DNA from: Eledone cirrhosa
Taxonomy: Eukaryota
Length of the DNA: 64,000 bases
Assembly (NCBI GenBank): GCA_964016885.1
Contig: OZ024766.1
Location: 13,454,001-13,518,000, forward strand
Reading direction: 5' to 3'
Positions 30,160-45,700 of the stretch are shown here, piece after piece (within the stretch, counting starts at the first letter, position 1; every line of letters starts with the position of its first letter). The translations under genes were made by a program, and so were the position numbers. Below the pieces are notes generated by a model. That model saw nothing but the letters and a program-made list of their open reading frames with translations, made no database searches and was not told the DNA's origin.

Positions 30160-33100
30160 TTCTGACAACTAATACCATGACTTAAATGAATTCTCACCAA
30201 CAGTGGAGTTACTTCTGACAAACTAATACCATGAACATAAATGAATTCTCACCAACAGTGGAGTTACTTCTGACAGCTAATACCATGAACTTAAATGAAT
30301 TCTCACCAACATTGGAGTGACTTCTGACAGCTAATACCATGAACTTAAATGAATTCTCACCAACATTGGGGTTACTTCTGACAGCTAGTACCATGAACTT
30401 AAATGAATTCTCACCAACAGTGGAGTGACTTCTGACAGCTAATACCATGAACCTAAATGAATTCTCACCAACATTGGAGTGACTTCTGACAGCTACTACC
30501 ATGAACTTAAATGAATTCTCACCAACAGTGGAGTTACTTCTGACAGCTAGTACCATGAACTTAAATGAATTCTCACCAACAGTGGAGTTACTTCTGACAG
30601 CTAATACCATGAACTTAAATGAATTCTCACCAACAGGGGAGTGACTTCTGACAGCTAATACCATGAACCTAAATGAATTCTCACCAACATTGGAGTGACT
30701 ACTGACAGCTAATACCATGAACTTAAATGAATTCTCACCAACAGTGGAGTTACTTCTGACAGCTAGTACCATGAACTTAAATGAATTCTCACCAACAGTG
30801 GAGTTACTTCTGACAGCTAATACCATGAACTTAAATGAATTCTCACCAACAGTGGAGTTACTTCTGACAGCTAATACCATGAACTTAAATGAATTCTCAC
30901 CAACATTGGAGTGACTTCTGACAGCTAATACCATGAACTTAAATGTATTCTCACCAACAGTGGAGTGACTTCCGACAGCTAGTACCATGAACTTAAATGA
31001 ATTCTCACCAACAGTGGAGTTACTTCTGACAGCTAATACCATGAACTTAAATGAATTCTCACCAACAGTGGATTTACTTCTGACAGCTAGTACCATGAAC
31101 TTAAATGAATTCTCACCAACATTGGAGTTACTTCTGACAACTAATACCATGACTTAAATGAATTCTCACCAACAGTGGAGTTACTTCTGACAAACTAATA
31201 GCATGAACTTAAATGAATTCTCACCAACAGTGGAGTTACTTCTGACAGCTAGTACCATGAACTTAAATGAATTCTCACCAACAGTGGAGTTACTTCTGAC
31301 AGCTAATACCATGAACTTAAATGAATTCTCACCAACAGTGGAGTTACTTCTGACAGCTAATACCATGAACTTAAATGAATTCTCACCAACATTGGAGTTA
31401 CTTCTGACAGCTAATACCATGACTTAAATGAATTCTCACCAACAGTGGAGTTCCTTCTGACAGCTAATACCATGAACTTAAATGAATTCTCACCAACATT
31501 GGAGTTACTTCTGACAGCTAGTACCATGAACTTAAATGAATTCTCACCAACAGTGGAGTTACTTCTGACAGCTAATACCATGAACTTAAATGAATTCTCA
31601 CCAACAGTGGCGTTCCTTCTGACAGCTAATACCATGAACTTAAATGAATTCTCACCAACATTGGAGTTACTTCTGACAGCTATTACCATGACTTAAATGA
31701 ACTCTCACCAACAATGGAGTTACTTCTGACAGCTAATACCATGAACTTAAATGAATTCTCACCAACATTGGAGTTACTTCTGACAGCTAGTACCATGAAC
31801 TTAAATGAATTCTCACCAACAGTGGAGTTACTTCTGACAGCTAATACCATGAACTTAAATTAATTCTCACCAACAGTGGAGTTCGTTCTGACAGCTAATA
31901 CCATGAACTTAAATGAATTTTCACCAACATTGGAGTTACTTCTGACAGCTAGTACCATGGCTTAAATGAATTCTCACCAACATTGGAGTTACTTCTGACA
32001 ACTAATACCATGACTTAAATGAATTCTCACCAACAGTGGAGTTACTTCTGACAAACTAATACCATGAACTTAAATGAATTCTCACCAACAGTGGAGTTAC
32101 TTCTGACAGCTAGTACCATGAACTTAAATGAATTCTCACCAACAGTGGAGTTCCTTCTGACAGCTAATACCATGAACTTAAATGAATTCTCACCAACAGT
32201 GGAGTTACTTCTGACAGCTAGTACCATGACTTAAATGAATTCTCACCAACATTGGAGTTCCTTCTGACAGCTAATACCATGAACTTAAATGAATTCTCAC
32301 CAACAGTGGAGTTCCTTCTGACAGCTAATACCATGAACTTAAATGAATTCTCACCAACATTGGAGTTACTTCTGACAACTAATACCATGACTTAAATGAA
32401 TTCTCACCAACAGTGGAGGTACTTCTGACAAACTAATACCATGAACTTAAATGAATTCTCACCAACAGTGGAGTTACTTCTGACAGCTAGTACCATGAAC
32501 TTAAATGAATTCTCACCAACAGTGGAGTTACTTCTGACAGCTAATACCATGCACTTAAATGAATTCTCACCAACAGTGGAGTTCGTTCTGACAGCTAATA
32601 CCATGAACTTAAATGAATTCTCACCAACATTGGAGTTACTTCTGACAGCTAGTACCATGGCTTAAATGAATTCTCACCAACATTGGAGTTACTTCTGACA
32701 ACTAATACCATGACTTAAATGAATTCTCACCAACAGTGGAGTTACTTCTGACAAACTAATACCATGAACTTAAATGAATTCTCACCAACAGTGGAGTTAC
32801 TTCTGACAGCTAGTACCATGAACTTAAATGAATTCTCACCAACAGTGGAGTTCCTTCTGACAGCTAATACCATGAACTTAAATGAATTCTCACCAACAGT
32901 GGAGTTACTTCTGACAGCTAATACCATGAACTTAAATGAATTCTCACCAACATTGGAGTGACTTCTGACAGCTAATACCATGAACTTAAATGAATTCTCA
33001 CCAACATTGGGGTTACTTCTGACAACTAATACCATGACTTAAATGAATTCTCACCAACAGTGGAGTTACTTCTGACAAACTAATACCATGAACATAAATG

Positions 33101-35930
33101 AATTCTCACCAACAGTGGAGTTACTTCTGACAGCTAATACCATGAACTTAAATGAATTCTCACCAACATTGGAGTGACTTCTGACAGCTAATACCATGAA
33201 CTTAAATGAATTCTCACCAACATTGGGGTTACTTCTGACAGCTAGTACCATGAACTTAAATGAATTCTCACCAACAGTGGAGTGACTTCTGACAGCTAAT
33301 ACCATGAACCTAAATGAATTCTCACCAACATTGGAGTGACTTCTGACAGCTACTACCATGAACTTAAATGAATTCTCACCAACAGTGGAGTTACTTCTGA
33401 CAGCTAGTACCATGAACTTAAATGAATTCTCACCAACAGTGGAGTTACTTCTGACAGCTAATACCATGAACTTAAATGAATTCTCACCAACAGGGGAGTG
33501 ACTTCTGACAGCTAATACCATGAACCTAAATGAATTCTCACCAACATTGGAGTGACTACTGACAGCTAATACCATGAACTTAAATGAATTCTCACCAACA
33601 GTGGAGTTACTTCTGACAGCTAGTACCATGAACTTAAATGAATTCTCACCAACAGTGGAGTTACTTCTGACAGCTAATACCATGAACTTAAATGAATTCT
33701 CACCAACAGTGGAGTTACTTCTGACAGCTAATACCATGAACTTAAATGAATTCTCACCAACATTGGAGTGACTTCTGACAGCTAATACCATGAACTTAAA
33801 TGTATTCTCACCAACAGTGGAGTGACTTCCGACAGCTAGTACCATGAACTTAAATGAATTCTCACCAACAGTGGAGTTACTTCTGACAGCTAATACCATG
33901 AACTTAAATGAATTCTCACCAACAGTGGATTTACTTCTGACAGCTAGTACCATGAACTTAAATGAATTCTCACCAACATTGGAGTTACTTCTGACAACTA
34001 ATACCATGACTTAAATGAATTCTCACCAACAGTGGAGTTACTTCTGACAAACTAATAGCATGAACTTAAATGAATTCTCACCAACAGTGGAGTTACTTCT
34101 GACAGCTAGTACCATGAACTTAAATGAATTCTCACCAACAGTGGAGTTACTTCTGACAGCTAATACCATGAACTTAAATGAATTCTCACCAACAGTGGAG
34201 TTACTTCTGACAGCTAATACCATGAACTTAAATGAATTCTCACCAACATTGGAGTTACTTCTGACAGCTAATACCATGACTTAAATGAATTCTCACCAAC
34301 AGTGGAGTTCCTTCTGACAGCTAATACCATGAACTTAAATGAATTCTCACCAACATTGGAGTTACTTCTGACAGCTAGTACCATGAACTTAAATGAATTC
34401 TCACCAACAGTGGAGTTACTTCTGACAGCTAATACCATGAACTTAAATGAATTCTCACCAACAGTGGCGTTCCTTCTGACAGCTAATACCATGAACTTAA
34501 ATGAATTCTCACCAACATTGGAGTTACTTCTGACAGCTATTACCATGACTTAAATGAACTCTCACCAACAATGGAGTTACTTCTGACAGCTAATACCATG
34601 AACTTAAATGAATTCTCACCAACATTGGAGTTACTTCTGACAGCTAGTACCATGAACTTAAATGAATTCTCACCAACAGTGGAGTTACTTCTGACAGCTA
34701 ATACCATGAACTTAAATTAATTCTCACCAACAGTGGAGTTCGTTCTGACAGCTAATACCATGAACTTAAATGAATTTTCACCAACATTGGAGTTACTTCT
34801 GACAGCTAGTACCATGGCTTAAATGAATTCTCACCAACATTGGAGTTACTTCTGACAACTAATACCATGACTTAAATGAATTCTCACCAACAGTGGAGTT
34901 ACTTCTGACAAACTAATACCATGAACTTAAATGAATTCTCACCAACAGTGGAGTTACCTCTGACAGCTAGTACCATGAACTTAAATGAATTCTCACCAAC
35001 AGTGGAGTTCCTTCTGACAGCTAATACCATGAACTTAAATGAATTCTCACCAACAGTGGAGTTACTTCTGACAGCTAGTACCATGACTTAAATGAATTCT
35101 CACCAACATTGGAGTTCCTTCTGACAGCTAATACCATGAACTTAAATGAATTCTCACCAACAGTGGAGTTCCTTCTGACAGCTAATACCATGAACTTAAA
35201 TGAATTCTCACCAACATTGGAGTTACTTCTGACAACTAATACCATGACTTAAATGAATTCTCACCAACAGTGGAGGTACTTCTGACAAACTAATACCATG
35301 AACTTAAATGAATTCTCACCAACAGTGGAGTTACTTCTGACAGCTAGTACCATGAACTTAAATGAATTCTCACCAACAGTGGAGTTACTTCTGACAGCTA
35401 ATACCATGCACTTAAATGAATTCTCACCAACAGTGGAGTTCGTTCTGACAGCTAATACCATGAACTTAAATGAATTCTCACCAACATTGGAGTTACTTCT
35501 GACAGCTAGTACCATGGCTTAAATGAATTCTCACCAACATTGGAGTTACTTCTGACAACTAATACCATGACTTAAATGAATTCTCACCAACAGTGGAGTT
35601 ACTTCTGACAAACTAATACCATGAACTTAAATGAATTCTCACCAACAGTGGAGTTACTTCTGACAGCTAGTACCATGAACTTAAATGAATTCTCACCAAC
35701 AGTGGAGTTCCTTCTGACAGCTAATACCATGAACTTAAATGAATTCTCACCAACAGTGGAGTTACTTCTGACAGCTAATACCATGAACTTAAATGAATTC
35801 TCACCAACAGTGGAGTTACTTCTGACAGCTAATACCATGAACTTAAATGAATTCTCACCAACATTGGAGTGACTTCTGACAGCTAATACCATGAACTTAA
35901 ATGAATTCTCACCAACATTGGGGTTACTTC
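30160..35930. repeat. Tandem duplication of a 2857-bp (53-monomer) unit
   Basis: 30209/33066, 31181/34038, 31411/34268, 32042/34899, 32404/35261 and 32742/35599 are all offset 2857. Shared CAGGGG, GACTACTG, TGTATTC, AATAGC and AAATTAATTC variants. Confidence 0.92.
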
Positions 35931-38900
35931 TGACAGCTAGTACCATGAACTTAAATGAATTCTCACCAACAGTGGAGTGACTTCTGACAGCTAATACCAT
36001 GAACTTAAATGAATTCTCACCAACATTGGAGTGACTTCTGACAGCTAATACCATGAACTTAAATGAATTCTCACCAACAGTGGAGTTACTTCTGACAGCT
36101 AGTACCATGAACTTAAATGAATTCTCACCAACAGTGGAGTTACTTCTGACAGCTAATACCATGAACTTAAATGAATTCTCAGCAACAGTGGAGTTCCTTC
36201 TGACAGCTAATACCATGAACTTAAATGAATTCTCACCAACATTGGAGTTAATTCTGACAGCTAATACCATGAACTTAAATGAATTCTCACCAACATTGGA
36301 GTTACTTCTGACAGCTAATACCATGACGTAAATGAATTCTCACCAACAGTGGAGTTACTTCTGACAGCTAATACCATGAACTTAAATGAATACTCACCAA
36401 CATTGGAGTTACTTCTGACAGCTAGTACCATGAACTTAAATGAATTCTCACCAACAGTGGAGTTACCTCTGACAGCTAATACCATGAACTTAAATGAATT
36501 CTCACCAACAGTGGAGTTACTTCTGACAGCTAATACCATGAACTTAAATGAATTCTCACCAACAGTGGAGTTCCTTCTGACAGCTAATACCATGAACTTA
36601 AATGAATTCTCACCAACATTGGAGTTACTTCTGACAGCTAGTACCATGACTTAAATGAATTCTCACCAACATTGGAGTTACTTCTGACAGCTAGTACCAT
36701 GACTTAAATGAATTCTCACCAACAATGGAGTTACTTCTGACAGCTAATAACATGACTTAAATGAATTCTCACCAACAGTGGAGTTACTTCTGACAGCTAA
36801 TACCATGAACTTAAATGAATTCTCACCAACAGTGGAGTTCCTTCTGACAGCTAATACCATGAACTTAAACGAATTCTCACCAACATTGGAGTTACTTCTG
36901 ACAGCTAGTACCCTGAACTTAAATGAATTCTCACCAACAGTGGAGTTACTTCTGACAACTAATACCATGACTTAAATGAATTCTCACCAACAGTGGAGTT
37001 ACTTCTGACAAACTAATACCATGAACATAAATGAATTCTCACCAACAGTGGAGTGACTTCTGTCAGCTAATACCATGAACTTAAATGAATTCTCACCAAC
37101 AGTGGAGTTACTTCTGACAGCTAGTACCATGACTTAAATGAATTCTCACCAACATTGGAGTTCCTTCTGACAGCTAATACCATGAACTTAAATGAATTCT
37201 CACCAACAGTGGAGTTCCTTCTGACAGCTAATACCATGAACTTAAATGAATTCTCACCAACATTGGAGTTACTTCTGACAAGTAATACCATGACTTAAAT
37301 GAATTCTCACCAACAGTGGAGGTACTTCTGACAAACTAATACCATGAACTTAAATGAATTCTCACCAACAGTGGAGTTACTTCTGACAGCTAGTACCATG
37401 AACTTAAATGAATTCTCACCAACAGTGGAGTTACTTCTGACAGCTAATACCATGCACTTAAATGAATTCTCACCAACAGTGGAGTTCGTTCTGACAGCTA
37501 ATACCATGAACTTAAATGAATTCTCACCAACATTGGAGTTACTTCTGACAGCTAGTACCATGGCTTAAATGAATTCTCACCAACATTGGAGTTACTTCTG
37601 ACAACTAATACCATGACTTAAATGAATTCTCACCAACAGTGGAGTTACTTCTGACAAACTAATACCATGAACTTAAATGAATTCTCACCAACAGTGGAGT
37701 TACTTCTGACAGCTAGTACCATGAACTTAAATGAATTCTCACCAACAGTGGAGTTCCTTCTGACAGCTAATACCATGAACTTAAATGAATTCTCACCAAC
37801 AGTGGAGTTACTTCTGACAGCTAATACCATGAACTTAAATGAATTCTCACCAACAGTGGAGTTACTTCTGACAGCTAATACCATGAACTTAAATGAATTC
37901 TCACCAACATTGGAGTGACTTCTGACAGCTAATACCATGAACTTAAATGAATTCTCACCAACATTGGGGTTACTTCTGACAGCTAGTACCATGAACTTAA
38001 ATGAATTCTCACCAACAGTGGAGTGACTTCTGACAGCTAATACCATGAACTTAAATGAATTCTCACCAACATTGGAGTGACTTCTGACAGCTAATACCAT
38101 GAACTTAAATGAATTCTCACCAACAGTGGAGTTACTTCTGACAGCTAGTACCATGAACTTAAATGAATTCTCACCAACAGTGGAGTTACTTCTGACAGCT
38201 AATACCATGAACTTAAATGAATTCTCAGCAACAGTGGAGTTCCTTCTGACAGCTAATACCATGAACTTAAATGAATTCTCACCAACATTGGAGTTAATTC
38301 TGACAGCTAATACCATGAACTTAAATGAATTCTCACCAACATTGGAGTTACTTCTGACAGCTAATACCATGACGTAAATGAATTCTCACCAACAGTGGAG
38401 TTACTTCTGACAGCTAATACCATGAACTTAAATGAATACTCACCAACATTGGAGTTACTTCTGACAGCTAGTACCATGAACTTAAATGAATTCTCACCAA
38501 CAGTGGAGTTACCTCTGACAGCTAATACCATGAACTTAAATGAATTCTCAGCAACAGTGGAGTTCCTTCTGACAGCTAATACCATGAACTTAAATGAATT
38601 CTCACCAACAGTGGAGTTCCTTCTGACAGCTAATACCATGAACTTAAACGAATTCTCACCAACATTGGAGTTACTTCTGACAGCTAGTACCCTGAACTTA
38701 AATGAATTCTCACCAACAGTGGAGTTACTTCTGACAACTAATACCATGACTTAAATGAATTCTCACCAACAGTGGAGTTACTTCTGACAAACTAATACCA
38801 TGAACATAAATGAATTCTCACCAACAGTGGAGTGACTTCTGTCAGCTAATACCATGAACTTAAATGAATTCTCACCAACAGTGGAGTTACTTCTGACAGC

Positions 38901-41900
38901 TAGTACCATGACTTAAATGAATTCTCACCAACATTGGAGTTCCTTCTGACAGCTAATACCATGAACTTAAATGAATTCTCACCAACAGTGGAGTTCCTTC
39001 TGACAGCTAATACCATGAACTTAAATGAATTCTCACCAACATTGGAGTTACTTCTGACAACTAATACCATGACTTAAATGAATTCTCACCAACAGTGGAG
39101 GTACTTCTGACAAACTAATACCATGAACTTAAATGAATTCTCACCAACAGTGGAGTTACTTCTGACAGCTAGTACCATGAACTTAAATGAATTCTCACCA
39201 ACAGTGGAGTTACTTCTGACAGCTAATACCATGCACTTAAATGAATTCTCACCAACAGTGGAGTTCGTTCTGACAGCTAATACCATGAACTTAAATGAAT
39301 TCTCACCAACATTGGAGTTACTTCTGACAGCTAGTACCATGGCTTAAATGAATTCTCACCAACATTGGAGTTACTTCTGACAACTAATACCATGACTTAA
39401 ATGAATTCTCACCAACAGTGGAGTTACTTCTGACAAACTAATACCATGAACTTAAATGAATTCTCACCAACAGTGGAGTTACTTCTGACAGCTAGTACCA
39501 TGAACTTAAATGAATTCTCACCAACAGTGGAGTTCCTTCTGACAGCTAATACCATGAACTTAAATGAATTCTCACCAACAGTGGAGTTACTTCTGACAGC
39601 TAATACCATGAACTTAAATGAATTCTCACCAACAGTGGAGTTACTTCTGACAGCTAATACCATGAACTTAAATGAATTCTCACCAACATTGGAGTGACTT
39701 CTGACAGCTAATACCATGAACTTAAATGAATTCTCACCAACATTGGGGTTACTTCTGACAGCTAGTACCATGAACTTAAATGAATTCTCACCAACAGTGG
39801 AGTGACTTCTGACAGCTAATACCATGAACTTAAATGAATTCTCACCAACATTGGAGTGACTTCTGACAGCTAATACCATGAACTTAAATGAATTCTCACC
39901 AACAGTGGAGTTACTTCTGACAGCTAGTACCATGAACTTAAATGAATTCTCACCAACAGTGGAGTTACTTCTGACAGCTAATACCATGAACTTAAATGAA
40001 TTCTCAGCAACAGTGGAGTTCCTTCTGACAGCTAATACCATGAACTTAAATGAATTCTCACCAACATTGGAGTTAATTCTGACAGCTAATACCATGAACT
40101 TAAATGAATTCTCACCAACATTGGAGTTACTTCTGACAGCTAATACCATGACGTAAATGAATTCTCACCAACAGTGGAGTTACTTCTGACAGCTAATACC
40201 ATGAACTTAAATGAATACTCACCAACATTGGAGTTACTTCTGACAGCTAGTACCATGAACTTAAATGAATTCTCACCAACAGTGGAGTTACTTCTGACAG
40301 CTAGTACCATGAACTTAAATGAATTCTCACCAACAGTGGAGTTACTTCTGACAGCTAATACCATGAACTTAAATGAATTCTCAGCAACAGTGGAGTTCCT
40401 TCTGACAGCTAATACCATGAACTTAAATGAATTCTCACCAACATTGGAGTTAATTCTGACAGCTAATACCATGAACTTAAATGAATTCTCACCAACATTG
40501 GAGTTACTTCTGACAGCTAATACCATGACGTAAATGAATTCTCACCAACAGTGGAGTTACTTCTGACAGCTAATACCATGAACTTAAATGAATACTCACC
40601 AACATTGGAGTTACTTCTGACAGCTAGTACCATGAACTTAAATGAATTCTCACCAACAGTGGAGTTACCTCTGACAGCTAATACCATGAACTTAAATGAA
40701 TTCTCAGCAACAGTGGAGTTCCTTCTGACAGCTAATACCATGAACTTAAATGAATTCTCACCAACAGTGGAGTTCCTTCTGACAGCTAATACCATGAACT
40801 TAAACGAATTCTCACCAACATTGGAGTTACTTCTGACAGCTAGTACCCTGAACTTAAATGAATTCTCACCAACAGTGGAGTTACTTCTGACAACTAATAC
40901 CATGACTTAAATGAATTCTCACCAACAGTGGAGTTACTTCTGACAAACTAATACCATGAACATAAATGAATTCTCACCAACAGTGGAGTGACTTCTGTCA
41001 GCTAATACCATGAACTTAAATGAATTCTCACCAACAGTGGAGTTACTTCTGACAGCTAGTACCATGACTTAAATGAATTCTCACCAACATTGGAGTTCCT
41101 TCTGACAGCTAATACCATGAACTTAAATGAATTCTCACCAACAGTGGAGTTCCTTCTGACAGCTAATACCATGAACTTAAATGAATTCTCACCAACATTG
41201 GAGTTACTTCTGACAACTAATACCATGACTTAAATGAATTCTCACCAACAGTGGAGGTACTTCTGACAAACTAATACCATGAACTTAAATGAATTCTCAC
41301 CAACAGTGGAGTTACTTCTGACAGCTAGTACCATGAACTTAAATGAATTCTCACCAACAGTGGAGTTACTTCTGACAGCTAATACCATGCACTTAAATGA
41401 ATTCTCACCAACAGTGGAGTTCGTTCTGACAGCTAATACCATGAACTTAAATGAATTCTCACCAACATTGGAGTTACTTCTGACAGCTAGTACCATGGCT
41501 TAAATGAATTCTCACCAACATTGGAGTTACTTCTGACAACTAATACCATGACTTAAATGAATTCTCACCAACAGTGGAGTTACTTCTGACAAACTAATAC
41601 CATGAACTTAAATGAATTCTCACCAACAGTGGAGTTACTTCTGACAGCTAGTACCATGAACTTAAATGAATTCTCACCAACAGTGGAGTTCCTTCTGACA
41701 GCTAATACCATGAACTTAAATGAATTCTCACCAACAGTGGAGTTACTTCTGACAGCTAATACCATGAACTTAAATGAATTCTCACCAACAGTGGAGTTAC
41801 TTCTGACAGCTAATACCATGAACTTAAATGAATTCTCACCAACATTGGAGTGACTTCTGACAGCTAATACCATGAACTTAAATGAATTCTCACCAACATT

Positions 41901-44900
41901 GGGGTTACTTCTGACAGCTAGTACCATGAACTTAAATGAATTCTCACCAACAGTGGAGTGACTTCTGACAGCTAATACCATGAACTTAAATGAATTCTCA
42001 CCAACATTGGAGTGACTTCTGACAGCTAATACCATGAACTTAAATGAATTCTCACCAACAGTGGAGTTACTTCTGACAGCTAGTACCATGAACTTAAATG
42101 AATTCTCACCAACAGTGGAGTTACTTCTGACAGCTAATACCATGAACTTAAATGAATTCTCAGCAACAGTGGAGTTCCTTCTGACAGCTAATACCATGAA
42201 CTTAAATGAATTCTCACCAACATTGGAGTTAATTCTGACAGCTAATACCATGAACTTAAATGAATTCTCACCAACATTGGAGTTACTTCTGACAGCTAAT
42301 ACCATGACGTAAATGAATTCTCACCAACAGTGGAGTTACTTCTGACAGCTAATACCATGAACTTAAATGAATACTCACCAACATTGGAGTTACTTCTGAC
42401 AGCTAGTACCATGAACTTAAATGAATTCTCACCAACAGTGGAGTTACCTCTGACAGCTAATACCATGAACTTAAATGAATTCTCACCAACAGTGGAGTTA
42501 CTTCTGACAGCTAATACCATGAACTTAAATGAATTCTCACCAACAGTGGAGTTCCTTCTGACAGCTAATACCATGAACTTAAATGAATTCTCACCAACAT
42601 TGGAGTTACTTCTGACAGCTAGTACCATGACTTAAATGAATTCTCACCAACATTGGAGTTCCTTCTGACAGCTAATACCATGAACTTAAATGAATTCTCA
42701 CCAACATTGGAGTTAATTCTGACAGCTAATACCATGAACTTAAATGAATTCTCACCAACATTGGAGTTACTTCTGACAGCTAATACCATGACGTAAATGA
42801 ATTCTCACCAACAGTGGAGTTACTTCTGACAGCTAATACCATGAACTTAAATGAATACTCACCAACATTGGAGTTACTTCTGACAGCTAGTACCATGAAC
42901 TTAAATGAATTCTCACCAACAGTGGAGTTACTTCTGACAGCTAGTACCATGAACTTAAATGAATTCTCACCAACAGTGGAGTTACTTCTGACAGCTAATA
43001 CCATGAACTTAAATGAATTCTCAGCAACAGTGGAGTTCCTTCTGACAGCTAATACCATGAACTTAAATGAATTCTCACCAACATTGGAGTTAATTCTGAC
43101 AGCTAATACCATGAACTTAAATGAATTCTCACCAACATTGGAGTTACTTCTGACAGCTAATACCATGACGTAAATGAATTCTCACCAACAGTGGAGTTAC
43201 TTCTGACAGCTAATACCATGAACTTAAATGAATACTCACCAACATTGGAGTTACTTCTGACAGCTAGTACCATGAACTTAAATGAATTCTCACCAACAGT
43301 GGAGTTACCTCTGACAGCTAATACCATGAACTTAAATGAATTCTCAGCAACAGTGGAGTTCCTTCTGACAGCTAATACCATGAACTTAAATGAATTCTCA
43401 CCAACAGTGGAGTTCCTTCTGACAGCTAATACCATGAACTTAAACGAATTCTCACCAACATTGGAGTTACTTCTGACAGCTAGTACCCTGAACTTAAATG
43501 AATTCTCACCAACAGTGGAGTTACTTCTGACAACTAATACCATGACTTAAATGAATTCTCACCAACAGTGGAGTTACTTCTGACAAACTAATACCATGAA
43601 CATAAATGAATTCTCACCAACAGTGGAGTGACTTCTGTCAGCTAATACCATGAACTTAAATGAATTCTCACCAACAGTGGAGTTACTTCTGACAGCTAGT
43701 ACCATGACTTAAATGAATTCTCACCAACATTGGAGTTCCTTCTGACAGCTAATACCATGAACTTAAATGAATTCTCACCAACAGTGGAGTTCCTTCTGAC
43801 AGCTAATACCATGAACTTAAATGAATTCTCACCAACATTGGAGTTACTTCTGACAACTAATACCATGACTTAAATGAATTCTCACCAACAGTGGAGGTAC
43901 TTCTGACAAACTAATACCATGAACTTAAATGAATTCTCACCAACAGTGGAGTTACTTCTGACAGCTAGTACCATGAACTTAAATGAATTCTCACCAACAG
44001 TGGAGTTACTTCTGACAGCTAATACCATGCACTTAAATGAATTCTCACCAACAGTGGAGTTCGTTCTGACAGCTAATACCATGAACTTAAATGAATTCTC
44101 ACCAACATTGGAGTTACTTCTGACAGCTAGTACCATGGCTTAAATGAATTCTCACCAACATTGGAGTTACTTCTGACAACTAATACCATGACTTAAATGA
44201 ATTCTCACCAACAGTGGAGTTACTTCTGACAAACTAATACCATGAACTTAAATGAATTCTCACCAACAGTGGAGTTACTTCTGACAGCTAGTACCATGAA
44301 CTTAAATGAATTCTCACCAACAGTGGAGTTCCTTCTGACAGCTAATACCATGAACTTAAATGAATTCTCACCAACAGTGGAGTTACTTCTGACAGCTAAT
44401 ACCATGAACTTAAATGAATTCTCACCAACAGTGGAGTTACTTCTGACAGCTAATACCATGAACTTAAATGAATTCTCACCAACATTGGAGTGACTTCTGA
44501 CAGCTAATACCATGAACTTAAATGAATTCTCACCAACATTGGGGTTACTTCTGACAGCTAGTACCATGAACTTAAATGAATTCTCACCAACAGTGGAGTG
44601 ACTTCTGACAGCTAATACCATGAACTTAAATGAATTCTCACCAACATTGGAGTGACTTCTGACAGCTAATACCATGAACTTAAATGAATTCTCACCAACA
44701 GTGGAGTTACTTCTGACAGCTAGTACCATGAACTTAAATGAATTCTCACCAACAGTGGAGTTACTTCTGACAGCTAATACCATGAACTTAAATGAATTCT
44801 CAGCAACAGTGGAGTTCCTTCTGACAGCTAATACCATGAACTTAAATGAATTCTCACCAACATTGGAGTTAATTCTGACAGCTAATACCATGAACTTAAA

Positions 44901-45700
44901 TGAATTCTCACCAACATTGGAGTTACTTCTGACAGCTAATACCATGACGTAAATGAATTCTCACCAACAGTGGAGTTACTTCTGACAGCTAATACCATGA
45001 ACTTAAATGAATACTCACCAACATTGGAGTTACTTCTGACAGCTAGTACCATGAACTTAAATGAATTCTCACCAACAGTGGAGTTACCTCTGACAGCTAA
45101 TACCATGAACTTAAATGAATTCTCACCAACAGTGGAGTTACTTCTGACAGCTAATACCATGAACTTAAATGAATTCTCACCAACAGTGGAGTTCCTTCTG
45201 ACAGCTAATACCATGAACTTAAATGAATTCTCACCAACATTGGAGTTACTTCTGACAGCTAGTACCATGACTTAAATGAATTCTCACCAACATTGGAGTT
45301 ACTTCTGACAGCTAGTACCATGACTTAAATGAATTCTCACCAACAATGGAGTTACTTCTGACAGCTAATAACATGACTTAAATGAATTCTCACCAACAGT
45401 GGAGTTACTTCTGACAGCTAATACCATGAACTTAAATGAATTCTCACCAACAGTGGAGTTCCTTCTGACAGCTAATACCATGAACTTAAACGAATTCTCA
45501 CCAACATTGGAGTTACTTCTGACAGCTAGTACCCTGAACTTAAATGAATTCTCACCAACAGTGGAGTTACTTCTGACAACTAATACCATGACTTAAATGA
45601 ATTCTCACCAACAGTGGAGTTACTTCTGACAAACTAATACCATGAACATAAATGAATTCTCACCAACAGTGGAGTGACTTCTGTCAGCTAATACCATGAA
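35070..45700. repeat. Five-copy ~2-kb higher-order repeat (periods 2046, 1779, 2156, 2640 bp)
   Basis: Identical 241-aa pseudo-ORF at 35599, 37645, 39424, 41580 and 44220, and 84-aa pseudo-ORF (GAGGTAC marker) at 35261, 37307, 39086, 41242 and 43882. Internal 377-bp repeat at 40140/40517 and 42780/43157. Confidence 0.92.
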
